Shown piece after piece: positions 40,464 through 53,600 of a stretch of DNA of 64,000 bases; positions within the stretch are counted from its first letter, which is position 1, and each line of letters begins with the position of its first letter. The DNA is taken from NCBI GenBank assembly GCA_014905635.1, contig JABVCE010000011.1, positions 930,001 through 994,000 of the forward strand, written 5' to 3'. Under the pieces are notes generated by a model. That model saw only the letters and a list, made by a program, of their open reading frames with translations, was not told where the DNA came from and did not search any database. Origin of the DNA: Scenedesmus sp. PABB004 (taxonomy: Eukaryota). The translations under genes and the position numbers were made by a program.

Positions 40464-41210
40464 CCCGCCCCGCCCGCCCGCTGCGCCGCGCCGGGGGCGC
40501 CCGGCAGCGCCCGGCCGCGTCATGCGCCTGCGGCGGGTCGTCGGCGACGGCGCCGTGAGGCAGCGGCACGGCCTGGGGGGCGCACTTCCACTACCGCGAT
40601 TGGGCCGACCAACGCGGCGCCCCACGCCGCGCCTGGACCGCCCCAGCGGACCGACGTGGCGGCCGGGCGCCGCCGCGCCACCTGCCGTGCCCGCACGCAC
40701 CTGGACGGCGCCCGGCGACGCGCGGGGCCCTGCAGATGCAGAAGGCCGCCCGCGAGTTGCCGCCTGCTCGCCCGCCGGCTGCGCGGAGGGCCTGGCCCAA
40801 CGCTTGTGAGCTCAACGCGGCCGCAGGAGGCTGGCCCGCGAGCGAAAGCGGCCTGCTCTCGGGCTCTCGTTCTCGCACGCCCTGTGCGGGCGGCAGGCGC
40901 CTATGCTGGCGTTGCGAGCGTGACGGAGCAGTGCGGACGCGCTGCGGCGCGACCCGCCGGGAGCTTGCAGGGCAAGTGACAGGTGGGGCTCTGCGCCGCC
41001 GCTGCCGCAGCCGCTGTTCACGCCCGCTGCAGCCGCTGCGCGCTCGCCAGTCGGGCCGCCGCCGGTGGGCGCGACGACCCGGCGCCTGCGCGGCACACGC
41101 CGGCCGCCCGCCGACCGCCGCTGCCGCGCGCGCCGCCGCGTTTGCGCTCGCGCCGCGATCGGCGCCGTGTCGCTGCGGGAGATCATCACGCCGTGTCGCT
41201 GCGGGAGCCC

Positions 41211-43536
41211 ATGGATGCGTTGTTCTTCTCCTGGGTCACGCCGCTCGTGCGGCGCGGCGCAGCGCAGGGCCGGCTCGATCCCGGGGACCTGCTCCCGCCG
41301 CCGCGCCGCGCCACGCCCAAGGCCTGCACGGCCGACCTCTGGGCCCACTGGTCCGCGGTACGCGGCGGCGGGGCCGGCCCTAGATCCGCCGCCGCAGCAG
41401 CGCGCGGCGATGTCGCAGCAGGCTGTCGGCGCCGCCGACCCCCGCTGGCGCCGCCCGCGCCGCCGCCGCCGCCGCCAGGGCTGCGCGGCGGGGCGGCCGT
41501 CGCTGCTGCGCGCGCTGGCGGGCGCGTACGGGGGGCCCTACGTCAGGCTGGGCGGCCTGAAGCTGCTGAATGACGGCCTCACCTTTGCCGGCGCGGTGCT
41601 GCTCAACCAGCTGGTCCAAACCCTCGAGGCTGCCGAGGCGGCCGGCAGCGCTGGCGGCGGCGACGGCGGGCGCAGCGACGCCGCGGGGCTGCTGCCGCTG
41701 CCGGGCCGGCTGCCGCGCCCCGGCGGCGCGGGCTGGGGTTTTGTGCTCGCTGGCGCGCTGGGGCTGAGCGCGCTGGCCAAGGCGTTCGTCGGGTCGCACT
41801 ACAGCTACGGCCTGAGCCTGGTGACCGTGAGGTGCGGCGCGGGCGCGGCTAGAGCTAGCAGCGCCGGGCGGCGCTGCGGCGGGGCGCGCGAGCTGACGCA
41901 GCGCGGCCCGCCGCCGCCACCGCGGCCGCCGCCGCGGCAGGCTGCGCGGCGGCGTGATGGGCGTGCTCTTCCGCGGCGCGCTGCTCACGCGCGGTGCCGA
42001 CGCGGGCGGCGAACCGGGCACGCTGATGTCTGTCGACGCGGCGCGCCTGGCCAACCTCTGCGTCAGGTGCCCGGCGCCGCCGGGGCCGGCCGGCGGGGCG
42101 GCACTGCGTCCGCGCCGGCCCACCCACCCGCCGCGCCGCCGCCGCCGCCGCGCCCAGCTTCCACGAGCTGTGGTCGCTGCCGCTGCAGATCGCCGCCGCG
42201 ATGGCGCTGCTGTTCATGCAGGTCGGCCGCGCGGCAGCGCGGCCTCCGCGCGGCGGCCGCCGCCGCGCTCGCCGCCGCCGCCGCTGCAGCCGGCGGCGGC
42301 GCCCCGCGCCCGCGCAGGTCCGCACCGCGTTTATTGCCGGCGTGCTGCTGTGCGTGGCGCTGATCCCGGTCAACCGCCTCATTGCGCAGCGCATCCAGGT
42401 GCGCGGCGCCGCCGGCGGGCGGCCGGCGGCGGCGCTGCCAGGGCCGGGGGCGCCGCTCGGGCGAGAGACGGCGCCGCCGCCGCCGCCGGCGCAGGCGGCG
42501 AGCGCGGAGATGATGGCGGCCAAGGACCGCCGGCTGGCGCTGATGGGCGAGCTCCTCGCCAACATGGCGGCGGTGAAGGCCCTGGGCTGGGAGGACGTGC
42601 TGGGCGACAAGGTGCGGCCAGCGGGGCTGGGCCGCGGCGCGCGCGGGCGGGCCCCCGCCCGCGCGCAGGCGGCGCGCGGCGAGCGGGCGCTCCGCCCGCT
42701 CCGCCCGCCCGCCGGCGGCGCCGCCGCGCCCAGGTCGCCCGCCTGCGCGCGCGCGAGCTGTCGGCGCTCGCCCGGCGCAAGTACCTGGACGCGTGCTGCG
42801 TGTACTTCTGGGCGGCGACGCAGCTGCTGCTGAGCGGGACCACGTTTGGCCTCATGGTCCTGCTCGGCCAGCCACTGCGGTGCGCCGCCGCTCCGCGCCA
42901 GCCGCAGAGCGCCCGCGCGCTCCCCTCGCCGCCTCTCCACCGGTGCCCGCCAGCAGCATCCCCTGCGCCCTCGTTGTCGCCGCCACCGCCGCCACCCTCG
43001 CCGTCGCCGCCGCCGCCACCGCTGCCGCCGCCGCCGCCGCCGCCACGGCCGCCGCCGCCGGCGCAGGCCGTCCGTGGTGTTCACCTGCCTGGCCCTGTTC
43101 AACGTCCTCATCGCCCCGCTCAACGCCCTGCCCTGGGTGGTCAACGGCGTGGTCGAGGCGGCCGTGTCGCTCGCGCGCGTGCAGGCCTTCCTGCTCCTGC
43201 CGCAGCGCCGCGCGGAGTGGGCCTACCCGGCGGCGCTGCTGCCGCGCATGCGCGCGCTGCACGTGCGGCGCGCGGCAGGCGCGGACGCCGGCGCGGACGC
43301 GGGCGCGCGCTGGGGCTGGCGGCGCAGGGCGGAGCCGCGGCCCACGAGCGCGCCCGGCGGCGGCGGCAGCAGCGGTGAGGGCAGCGAGCAGCGCCGCAAG
43401 GGCTCCATCGCTGAGGCCCAAGCCATCTCGATGGCCGCGGCCGCCGCGTCGCTGGAGCGGGGCGTTGCGGCGCACTTTTGCGGCGCGTCGTTTGCCTGGG
43501 CGCGGGTGTGGCTCGCGCCGCCGGCACGGCGCCGCT

Positions 43537-43569
<33 letters not shown>

Positions 43570-46500
43570 CCCGCCCCCGCCCCCGCCGCCGCCGCCGGCC
43601 TCGAACCGCTCCCGCCCCTGCTCACCGGGGCCGCGCTGCCGCCGCCGCCCAGTCGCTGCCGCCGTGCCTGAGCGAGCTCAACCTCTCGCTCCCCGCGGCC
43701 TGCCTCACCGCGGTCGTCGGCGAGGTCGGGTCGGGCAAGTCGAGCCTGCTCGCGGCGCTGCTGGGCGAGCTCGAGCTCGTCGCCGGCTCGGCGCGCCTGC
43801 CGCACCAGCTGCGGGTGCGCGCGGCGCGGAGCGGCGCGGCGTGGTGCACGGCACGGCGCGGCTCGTTGCCCGGCACGGCGCGGCCCGACGCGGCGCCACC
43901 GTGGCCGTTTCCGCGCGCCGTGCAGGCTCGCGGCGGTGCGCCGCCGCCGCGCGTCGCGTTTGTGGGCCAGGCACCGTGGCTGATGCGCGGCAGTGTGCGT
44001 GACAACGTGTGCCTGGGCGCGGAGTTTGATGCCGAGCTCATGGGAGAGGTGCGGGGTCGAGGCAGCCAGGCTTGGCACGGCGCAGGAGGAGGCAGCGAGC
44101 TGGCGCATGCCCCGCCTCCGCGCCGCGCACAGATCATGCACGCCGTGGGGCTGGACCAGGACCTGGCCTCGGGCGACCTCACTCCCGTCGGCGACGGCGG
44201 GCGGGGGCTGTCGGGCGGGCAGCGCCTGCGCGTGGCGCTGGTGCGGGGCCTGCTGCGCGGCGTGCCCGCGCGTCGCGCGCGCAGCGCACGCGGTGCGCGC
44301 GCCGCCCCCGGCGCCGTCGCAAAGCAAGCGCGAGCCCGCGCCCGCGCGCTCGCAGGCGCGCGCGCTGTACCAGCCGCACACCGACACCTTCCTCTTTGAT
44401 GACCTGCTGGCCAGCCTGGACAGCCACGTGGCGCAGGCGCGTGCGCGCGCGCGCGCGCCGCGCCGCCCTGTCCCGCCGCGCCGCGTCGCCCGCGCGGCGG
44501 GGCCTCATCCGGAGCGCAGAGAGAGCCCCGCCCGCCCGCCCGCCTGCCCCCGCGCGCAGTGGGTCATCCGGCACGTGCTGTTTGGCGGCCTGCTTGCGGG
44601 CGCGACGGTGGTCGTGGTCACCAAACACCCCGCCGTCATCCAGGCCGCGCAGCTCGTGGTCGGCCTGGACCACGGCCGCGTGGCCTTTGCCGGCAGCGCG
44701 CGCGGCTTCGCTGACTGGAAGGCCCAGCAGGCGCGGCGCTGCGGGGTGGGGGCGCGGGCGGCGCGCAGCACGCCGCCCACCCGCCGCGCTGCGCCGCCGC
44801 GCAGGCGTGCGGCTCGCCCCTCGGCGGCGCGGCGGTGGCGCCGCCGCTGCCTCCGACCGCCGCCGGCGGCGCGTGGTCGCCGCTCGTGCGGCACACCAGC
44901 CCCCACCCGCGCCGCCTGCGCGCAGCGCAGCAGCAGGCGGCGCTGCTCGCGGGCGTGCGCTCGCCGCGCGCGTCGCTCGACGGCTCGCCGCCGTGCCAGC
45001 CCGGCAGCCCGGGTGGCGGCTTCGGCGGGCTGGCCGGCTCGCCGCCGTCGTCCTTCATCTCAGAGGACGTGGCGCCGTCGGAGCTGCTGCTGGCGAGCGG
45101 GCGCGGCATGTGGGCCTGCCACGCCAGCGCCAGCCCCCAGCTGGTCTGCATCTCCGAGGATGGCGACGGCCCAGGCTCCCTGGGGCTGTCGGCCAGCCTC
45201 GAGGGCCGGCTGGGCAGCATCAGCGGCGGCGGCGGCGGCGGCGGCGGCGGCAGTGCCAACGGCAGCGGCGGCGGCGCGGCGCGGGCGGCCAGTGGGCCGG
45301 TGGATGAGGAGCTGCAGCAGCAGCTGGGACGGCAGCGGGAGCAGCAGCAGCAGCAGCAGCAGGACCAGCAGGAGCAGCAGCAGCTAGGGCAGCAGGGGCA
45401 GCGAGAGCAGCAGCCAGGCAAGCGCCAGGGCGGGGCACCACCAGACGCGCCGCCGCCAGCGGCATGCGGCGACGACGCTGGCGGCGGCCAGCGCGCGGCA
45501 GCGGAGGAGGAGGAGGAGGAGGAGCGCGCGGTGGGCGCCGTGGCGTGGCCGGTGTATGTTGCCTATGTCCGCGGCGTGGGCCTGGGCATGTGCGGCGCGG
45601 TGCTGCTGAGCCTGGTGCTGATGCAGGTGCGCGCCCGGCGGGCAGGCGGCGCGGCCGCGGCCGCGGGCAGCGCGGCGCCGGCAACGTGCGCACGCGCGTG
45701 CACGAGGGGGGACCGCGCGACGTGCGCGCCCTGCCGCCGCGCCGCCCGCCCGCCGCACTCAGGCGACCCGCAACGGCATCGACCTGTGGGTCACGCGCTC
45801 GCTCAGCCACGACGCCAACGCGGCGGCGTCCGCGGGGCCGCTGCTCGCCGCCTCGGCCGCGGGCGCCGCCGTGCGCTCGGCGGGCGGCGGCAGCGGCGTC
45901 GCCGCGGCAGGGCTGCAGGCGTGGCCGTACGCGGCGGCCGCGTGGCACGCCACGGAATGCCCGAGCGCGGGCGGCGGCGGCGGCTCGGCGCCGCAGCCGC
46001 GGCCGCCGCAGCCGCAGGTGCCGCCGCGGCCGGCGCGGCGCATGCTGCTGGGGCGGCGCGGCGCGGCCGCGGCGCCGCGCCCGCCCGCCGCCGTGCGCCT
46101 GGGCTGGCGCCCCGCGCCGCTGGACCCGCAGATGCGCCGCTTCTTGCGCGGCCTGGCGGTGATCGCAGGCCTCAACACCGCCGCGACGCTCGCGCGCGCG
46201 TTCAGCTTTGCCGCCGCGGGCATGGCCGCCGCGAGGCGCACGCACGCGGCGCTGCTGGCGGCGGTGCTCGGCGCGCCGCTGGCGTTCTTCGACGCCACCG
46301 GCGGCGTGGGCCGCGTGCTCAACCGCTTCTCGAGCGACACCGCCATCGTGGATGACTCGCTGCCTTTCACGCTGAACATTCTGCTTGCTAACGCCGTGAG
46401 CCTCGCCGGCCTGCTCTGCGTGCTGCTGCTCGGGCAGCCGCTGCTGGGCCTGCTCCTGCTGCCGCTGGCCGTCGCCTACCGGTGAGGCCTGGTGGAGCGC

Positions 46501-48693
46501 GCCGCGCCGCGCCGCTCTGCTGCCGCCAACGGGGGCGGCGCGCCACACGCCGCGCGCGCGCGCCGCAGGCGCCTGCAGCTCTTCTACCGCGCCAGCGCGC
46601 GCGAGCTGCGGCGCCTCGAGGCCGCGGCGCTGTCGCCGCTGTACGGCCTCTTTGGTGAGGCGGTCGCCGGCGCGGCGACGCTGCGCGCCGCGGGCGTGCA
46701 GCGCGCCTTTGCCAAGGTGCGGCGGGCGCGGCGCCTGCGCCGCGCCGCCAGCGCCTCGCGCGCGCGCACGGGCACCCTGCTCAACCCCCGCCGCCGCCCC
46801 GCCGCTGCAGCGCTTCCTGTCCGCGATGGAGCCGTACCAGGCCGCCTGCCTCAGCAGCGCCGCCGCGGCCAACTGGCTCGCCGCGCGGCTGCAGCTGCTC
46901 GCCGCGGCGCTGCTGTCGGCGGTCGCGGCGCTCGCGGCGGCCGCGGCGGCGTCGCTCGGCGCCGCCGGCGGCGGCGGCAGCCCCGCCTCGTGGGCGGGCG
47001 GTACGTTCCGCGTCGACCTGCTCGGCCTGGCACTCGCGTACTGCCTGCCCATCGTGCAGCTCCTCAGCGGCCTGCTCGCGAGCAGCGCCGAGATGGAGCA
47101 GGAGATGGTCTCGGTGGAGCGCGTGGTCGCCTACCTGACCGGTATCACCCCCGAGGCCGGCGGCCTCGGCACCGCCGCCGCCACCCCGGCCGGCGGCGCG
47201 GCCGCGCGGGCGCGGCGCCCGCGCGGCGGCGGCAGCGGCGACGCCGGCGACGGCTGCCTGCGGGCGCCGCTGCTGGCGGCGGGGCGCGGCGGCGCCGGCG
47301 GCGGCGGCCGTGAGAGTGACAGCGCCGCAGCGATCGCGTTTGAGGGCGTGGTGTTGCGCTACCGCCCCGGCCTGCCGCCCGCGCTGCGCGGCGTGAGCTT
47401 CTCGGTGCAGCGGGGGCGCAAGCTCGGCGTCTGCGGGCGCACCGGTGAGGCGGTGCGCCGCGCCGCGCGGGCTGGCGGCCGGCCGTGCCGCGCTGGCCGC
47501 GGGCGGCCGCCGCGCCGCGCTCACCGCCGCGCCGCGACGCAGGCGCGGGCAAGAGCAGCCTGGTCGCGGCGCTGCTGCGGCTGCGGCCCATCGAGGCGGG
47601 CACCATCTACGTGCAGGGCGACGACGCGGCGGCGCTGCCGCTGCGCGCGCTGCGCGCGCGCTTTGCGGTGGTGCCGCAGAGCCCCGTGCTCTTCAGCGGG
47701 GCGCTGCGCGACAGTCTCGACCCCGCCGGCGCCGCGAGCGACGCAGAGCTGGCGGCGGCGCTCGCGGTGCGAGGCGGCGGCTGCTTCGGCGGCGCGCACG
47801 TCGCCGGGCTCGCGACGGCGGGGGCGGCGCCGGCGGCCGTGCGCCCGCGGAGCTGACGTCGCTGGCGCGCCCGCGCCGCAGGCGGTGCGGATGTGGGGCA
47901 CGCTCTGCAGCATCGCGCTGCAGAAGGGCCTGCTCAGCCACAGCACGTTCCTGCTGGCGAAGCGCGCGGCGGGCGGCGCGGCGGGGCCGGCAGACCACCT
48001 GGGCGAGGCGCTCGGCTCGCCGCGGTTCCCGCCGGTGCCGATGGAGCCGGCGCGCGCGGTGCTGGCGATGCAGGTGCGGGCGCGCCGCGCCGCGCGTGCA
48101 GCCGGCTGGCCCCGCCACTGGCGCGCGGCGTGCGGCAGCGCGCGCCAAGCTCCGTCCCCGCCCGCGCAGGTCGGCGGCGCCGCCGGCGGGCTGCAGCTCT
48201 CGGCGGGGCAGAGCCAGCTGGTGTGCCTCGCCCGCATGCTGCTGAGCGGCGCCGAGCTGGTGCTGCTGGACGAGGCCACGGCCTCTGTCGACCCGCGCAC
48301 CGCCGCGCTCATGCACCAGGCGCGCGCGCCGCCGCGGCCCGCCCGCCGCACACAGCCGCTCCCGCGGCCGCCTGCCCCTGCTGACGCCCGCGCGGCGCCC
48401 GCGCCGCGCCGCGCCGCGCGCGGCAGGTGCTGCGCGAGCAGCTGGGCGCCGGCGGCCGCGCCGGCGGGGCGCGGACGGTGCTGCAGATTGCGCACGAGCT
48501 GGGGGCCCTGCTAGATTATGACAGCGTGGTGGTGATGGCCGCGGGGCGCGTCGTGGAGGCGGGCCCGCCCCGCGCGCTCGCCGCGCGCGAGGGCAGCCGC
48601 TTCGGCAGCCTGCTCGCGCAGGCAGGGCACGCAGGCGCGCAGGCCAGCGCTGGCGGCGCGCCGCAGCCGGAGCGGGAGCAGGGGCGTGCCTGA
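41211..48693 (+). CDS. ABC transporter subfamily C (MRP type), full size, about 20 exons
   Basis: LFFSWVTPL, FHELWSLPLQI, GEVGSGKSS, LSGGQ, FFDAT..GRVLNRFSSD, SVERV, GRTG|AGKSS, LSAGQ, LLDEATASVD. Confidence 0.95.
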
Positions 48694-48950
48694 CGCCGCG
48701 GCGGCGGCGGCGGTGCGGTGGCTCGGCCCGATGCGGGCGACCAACGCGCGTGTCACAGTCCCGAGCCCCCGCTGCGAGAGCCGCGCGCGGCAGCGCACCG
48801 CCGTGAAAATGTGCGCTGCCCGCCCGCAACCGCCGCAACCGCCGTGGCTGCCGCCGGCGCGCCGCGCGGCGGCCGGCCGCCGGCGCGCGGCGTGCGCCCC
48901 CGCCCCGCCGCCGGCCGCCGCTGCTGCCGGCGAGGGCGGGCGCGCGCGGC

Positions 48951-49757
48951 TCAGACGCAGGCGGCCATGAAGGCTGTCACGTCGCCGAGCTGGCCCTCCT
49001 GGGCCGAGCACTCGGCGAGCAGCACGCGGCTGCGCAGGCCTGCGAACGAGAACGGCGCGTCCGCCGGCCCGAGCGCCGCCGCGCTGCCGGCGGCGTCCTT
49101 GCCGATGCCCGCGGTCTTGGTGCGGCGCATCGCGTCGAGCTGGCGCTCGAGCGTCTTGCGGATGAAGTCCACGCTGTGCGCCTCCTCGTCGAGGTCGGCC
49201 TTGTTGCACGCGACCAGCAGCGGCGTGCGCCGCCGCTGCACGCCCGGGTGGCAGAGCACCTCCCACAGCGCGTCGGCGGCCTCCAGGCGGTGCGGCGTGA
49301 TGTCGACGGCGTCGACGACGAACACCACGCCCGCCGCCTCGCCGAGCGCCGCCTCGAGGCGGTGCCGGAACGCGTGGTGCCCCGGCACGTCCAGCAGGCG
49401 CGCGGCCTTGGTGCCGCCGCGGGGGCTGGGGATGGCCGCGGTCCCCGCGTTCTCCCGCATGCTCGCGACAACGCCGTTGTGGGTGCTGCCGTCCACGAGC
49501 GTGAAGAACAGCGTCGTCTTGCCCCCGCCCGCCGGCCCGCACAGCAGGATGGTGCTGCCCGTCCGCTGCCGCCGCCCGCCGGCCAGCGCGAGCAGGCAGA
49601 GCGCGCCCAGGGCGAGGGAGAGCAGGATGGCGAGCAGCCCCTCCGGCGTGCCCGCCACGGCCGCCAGGTCCGCCGGCAGCGCCGCCAGCAGGCCGTGCAG
49701 CGGCTGCTGCGCGATCAGCCCCTCCAGCGCCGCCCGCAGCGGCTCCGGCAGCGCCAT
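48951..49757 (-). CDS. SRPRB: Signal recognition particle receptor beta subunit, intronless
   Basis: N-terminal TM segment, GPAGGGKT, DVPGH, FVVD, ACNKAD, LERQLDAMRRT. Confidence 0.92.
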   Translation of the reverse strand: MALPEPLRAALEGLIAQQPLHGLLAALPADLAAVAGTPEGLLAILLSLALGALCLLALAGGRRQRTGSTILLCGPAGGGKTTLFFTLVDGSTHNGVVASMRENAGTAAIPSPRGGTKAARLLDVPGHHAFRHRLEAALGEAAGVVFVVDAVDITPHRLEAADALWEVLCHPGVQRRRTPLLVACNKADLDEEAHSVDFIRKTLERQLDAMRRTKTAGIGKDAAGSAAALGPADAPFSFAGLRSRVLLAECSAQEGQLGDVTAFMAACV

Positions 49758-50623
49758 CGCGGCGCGCGCGGCGGCGGGCGCCGCCCCGCGGCGGTTGCTG
49801 CGCTGTTGCGGCGGTGCCGGCGGAGCTGGGGGCTGCTGCGGAGGGGGCCCGGTCGGGAGGCGCTCTGGCGGCGCCGGCGCGCCGCGCGGGCGGCAGGCGC
49901 GGGCGCCGCGACAAGCCGGGCGCGGTTCAACGAGCGGCGGCCGCGCGCGCACCGCGCGGTGGGTCGTGTGACGCTGCGCCAGCCGTCAGCACGTCAGCCG
50001 CGGTGGGCCTGCGCACGGCGGGCGCGGCGCCAGCGATCCGCGCGGCCGCCGCGGGCACCACCAGCGCGCGGCGCCGCGAGCGCTGCGCGGCCGCGCGCGC
50101 CCGCCGCAAGCCTCCGCGCCCGAGCTCGGAACAGCTCCAGGCAAGCTGGGGAGGCCTTGGCGAGGTTCCAGCGCCGGGTCAAGCGACGATTCGGTTGCGG
50201 TACGCCGCGACCCGCGGAGGTAGGCAGCGGCTGGCCACCGCCCGCCCCGCCGCTCCCGCAGCGTCAGCGTGCCCACGACATCACGCGTTTGACGACCGAC
50301 GCGCACCGCGCCGACGCGCGCACGCGCGCAGCCCGGCGCGCGCCACGCCGGGGCGCTGGGAATGCGCACGCGAGCCTAGCGACAGCTTGTTGCAGCTCCC
50401 ACCAGGCGTTACCAGGTGGGCACGGGCACGCGCGGGCGTCAGGCGAGCAGGGCGCGCTCACCGCGAATCGCGCCCCGCGCGCCAAGCTGCCCGCTGCAGC
50501 TCCCGGCAGCTCGCGTCAGCGCAGGCAGGCGCCAGGAGCGCGGGCCAGGGCGCGCGGCGCCGGCCTGCAGCTCACGCCCGCGCGCTGCTCCGCGCGCCGC
50601 CGCGCGCGCCGCAGCGCGTGGCC

Positions 50624-53600
50624 ATGTCGCCGCTGGAGCCGGAGCCCAGCGCGGGCGGCTCGCCCAAGGCCGGCGGCGCGCGCCATTCCAGCGGCAGCGG
50701 CTACGCGACGCGCCACAGCCACGCGGCCGCCGCGGCGGCGGCTTCGGACGGCGCGCCGGCGGCGCCCAAGCTCGCGACGGCGGAGCGCTCGGCGCTCAGC
50801 CGCCGCGCCAGCGCGAGCGAGCGCGCGGCCGCGGCGGCCCCGCCGCCGCCGCCGCCGCACGCGCGCGGGCCGGGCGGCGACGCGGCCGCCGCGCTCGCCG
50901 AGCAGCAGCCGGGCAGCCCAGGCGGCAGCAGCGCCGGCGGCTACAGCGGGAGGGGCCTGTACGGCAAGGTCCTCTCCTACCGCCGCCCCTCGGCGGCCGC
51001 CAGCTCGGGCGCGCCCGCGGGGGCGCCGGGCGCCCCCGCGCCGCCAGGCGGCAGCCACCTGGCGGCGGCGCCGGGCGGCGAGGCGGCGGGGGCGGCGGCG
51101 CCCGCGCCCGCGGCGTCCGCGGCCGCCCCCGGCGAGGCGGGCGCGCTGATGCCCACGACGGCCCCCGGCGGCGACAGCAGCAGCGCGGCGCTGCTCACGC
51201 TCGAAGCCCTGAGCGGCATCCCGCCGGCGGCCGGGCACGCGCGCGCGGTAGCCTCGATCCTCGCCGCCGGCGGCGACGGCGCCGCCACGGAGCCCGGCAG
51301 CGGCAGCGGCGCGCGCGTCGGCGGCCTGACGCTGGCAGCGGCGCAGCCCGCGCTCGCGGCGGCCGCGGGCCAGGGGCTGTGGTGCTGCCACGTGCTGGCC
51401 GCGCCCGAGGGCGACGCGGAGGAGCAGGCTGCCGAGGCGCGGGCGGACTCCTCTGAGGCGCCCGTGCCTGAGCTGGTGCTGGCGGACTCGCTGGAGCCGA
51501 GCGGCCCGGCGCCCCTGCGCGTGCCGTCGCCGGCCGGCGAGGGTGGCAGGGCGAGCAGGGGCGCCACGCCCCGGGGCGCCGCGGCGTGGCGGCCGCAGCA
51601 CGCCGCGCACGCCGGCGGCGAGGCCGGCAGCCCGCCGCCGCGCAGCTCGCGCTCGGCCGCCGCCAGCCCGGCGCCGCCGGCCGCGCGCGCGAGCCGCGCG
51701 GCCTCGCCCTCGCCGGCGGCCGCAGAGGTGCCCGCCGCGCCCGCCGCGCCCGCCGTTGCCAGCAGCACGCCGGACGCCGCCGCGGCGGGCGCCAGCGCCA
51801 GCTTCGGCGGCAGCACCTGGGGCAGCGGCGGCGGCGCGCCGCCCAGCCCCGGCGGGCCCCTGGTGGGGGGCGACTACCGCTACAGCGAGCTGCTGTTCAG
51901 GCTGCAGCAGTTCCTGCCCGCGCTGCGCGCGGCGGGCTCGACGAGCGCCGACTTCGAGGCCACCTGGGAGCTGCTGAAGGCGCGGCGCGCACGCCTTTCG
52001 CGCCGCCGGCACACCCCGCCGGCGCCCACCCCGCCGGCGCCCACCCCGCCGGCGCCCACCCCGCCGCTCGCTCACCGCCGCCGTGCCTGCCCCGACGCCG
52101 CTCGCAGTCGGAGCTGTCGGCGCTCGTGTCCGCCGCCAAGCTGGCCTCCCTGCAGTCGGGCCGGCTGGAGGTGCTGGACGGCGAGGTGGTGCAGCTGCAG
52201 CGCCTGCTGCTGCGCGTGGGGCAGCACATCCGCGGCGGCGCGCAGGCGACGCAGGTGCGCGGGGACGGCGCGGGCGGCGCGCGCCGCCTGTGGCCTTCCT
52301 CCGCCGCAGCGCAGCCGCCCGACCCGGCCCCAGCCGACCCCCGCCGCCGCCGCCGCCATTGCCCCCAACGCCAACAGCTGCGCGAGCTGGTGTCGAGCTT
52401 CCCCTCATTTGCGCGGCGGCAGCTGCTCGACGACGGGAGCCCCGCCTCGCCCGCCAGCCTAGCCGGCGGCGGCGCCGCCGCTGCCAAGCCGCCGGGGGCG
52501 GGCCCCACGCCCGCGGGGCCCCTGCCGGACTCGCCGTGTGTGCGCGGCGCCGGCGGCGCCGGCGCGTGGCAGGCCAGCCCTGCCAGCCCTGCGGCGCCCC
52601 GCCGCGCGGCCAGCCCGCCGCCGTCGCCCAAGGTGCTCACGCCGGAGGAGGCAGCGCAGCTGATGAATCTGTACCGGTGAGGCCCTGGCCCGGGAGCCTC
52701 ACTGCGCGGCAGCTGGCCCCTGCTGCACCCTGCCCTGCCGCGCCTCGCGCCCGCCGCCGAGCTGCCCCCGCCGCCGCCCCGCCGTCGGCAGGGTGCGCCC
52801 GCACGCGCCGCAGCGCGTCCTGCACCGGCCGCCCAAGCTCGCCGGCAGCCCCACGCGCGCCGCGGCGCCGCGCCCCGCGAGCCCGCCGAGCGCGGGCCGG
52901 CCGCCGCGCGGCGAGGCCGCCGACGGCGCGGCGTGGGGCCCCGCGAGCGCGCCGGGCAGCCTGGGGGGCTTCCGCTACAGCGTGGTGCGCAGCTCGCTGT
53001 CCAGCAAGGGCTTCAGGGGCGCGCGGGCCGCCCGCGAGGACGGCGCCGGCACGCCGCCGCACGGCGGCGCCTCGCCCGGCCGCGCGCGCGGCGGCGGCGG
53101 CGGCTGGGGCCCGGCGCCCGCCGGCGCCGGCGCGCTGGCGGGCGGCTCGCCCGCGCGGCGCAGCCGCTCCGCCAGCCCCGCCAAGCGCGCGGGGCCGGTG
53201 GGCAGCCCCGGCCAGCTGGGTTACACGCCCGGCGCGCGCGGGCGGCCGGGCGGCGCGAGCCCCGACCGCCTGTCGGGCCTGCGCGGCCCCGCCGACCGCC
53301 CCGGCTCGGCGCCGCTCGACTGCAGCGCGGGTGAAGGCCTGACCCTGTGGAAGTACCCCGCCAGCCGCACGCTGGGCCTGGCCGGCGATGCTGGCGCCTG
53401 GGACGGCCATGCGGCGGCCGGCCGCGCGGCGGCGGGCTCGCCGCCGCCACCACCGCGCGGCGCGGGCGGCGCGCTGGGCGCCAGCTACCCGCGTGCGCGC
53501 TCCACCTCGCCCTGCCTGGGGCTGCACTACCTCGAGCGCTGGAGCGTGAGCAGCAGCCTGGGCGCCAGCCCCAAGGCCGCCGGCGGCGGCGGCGGCGCGC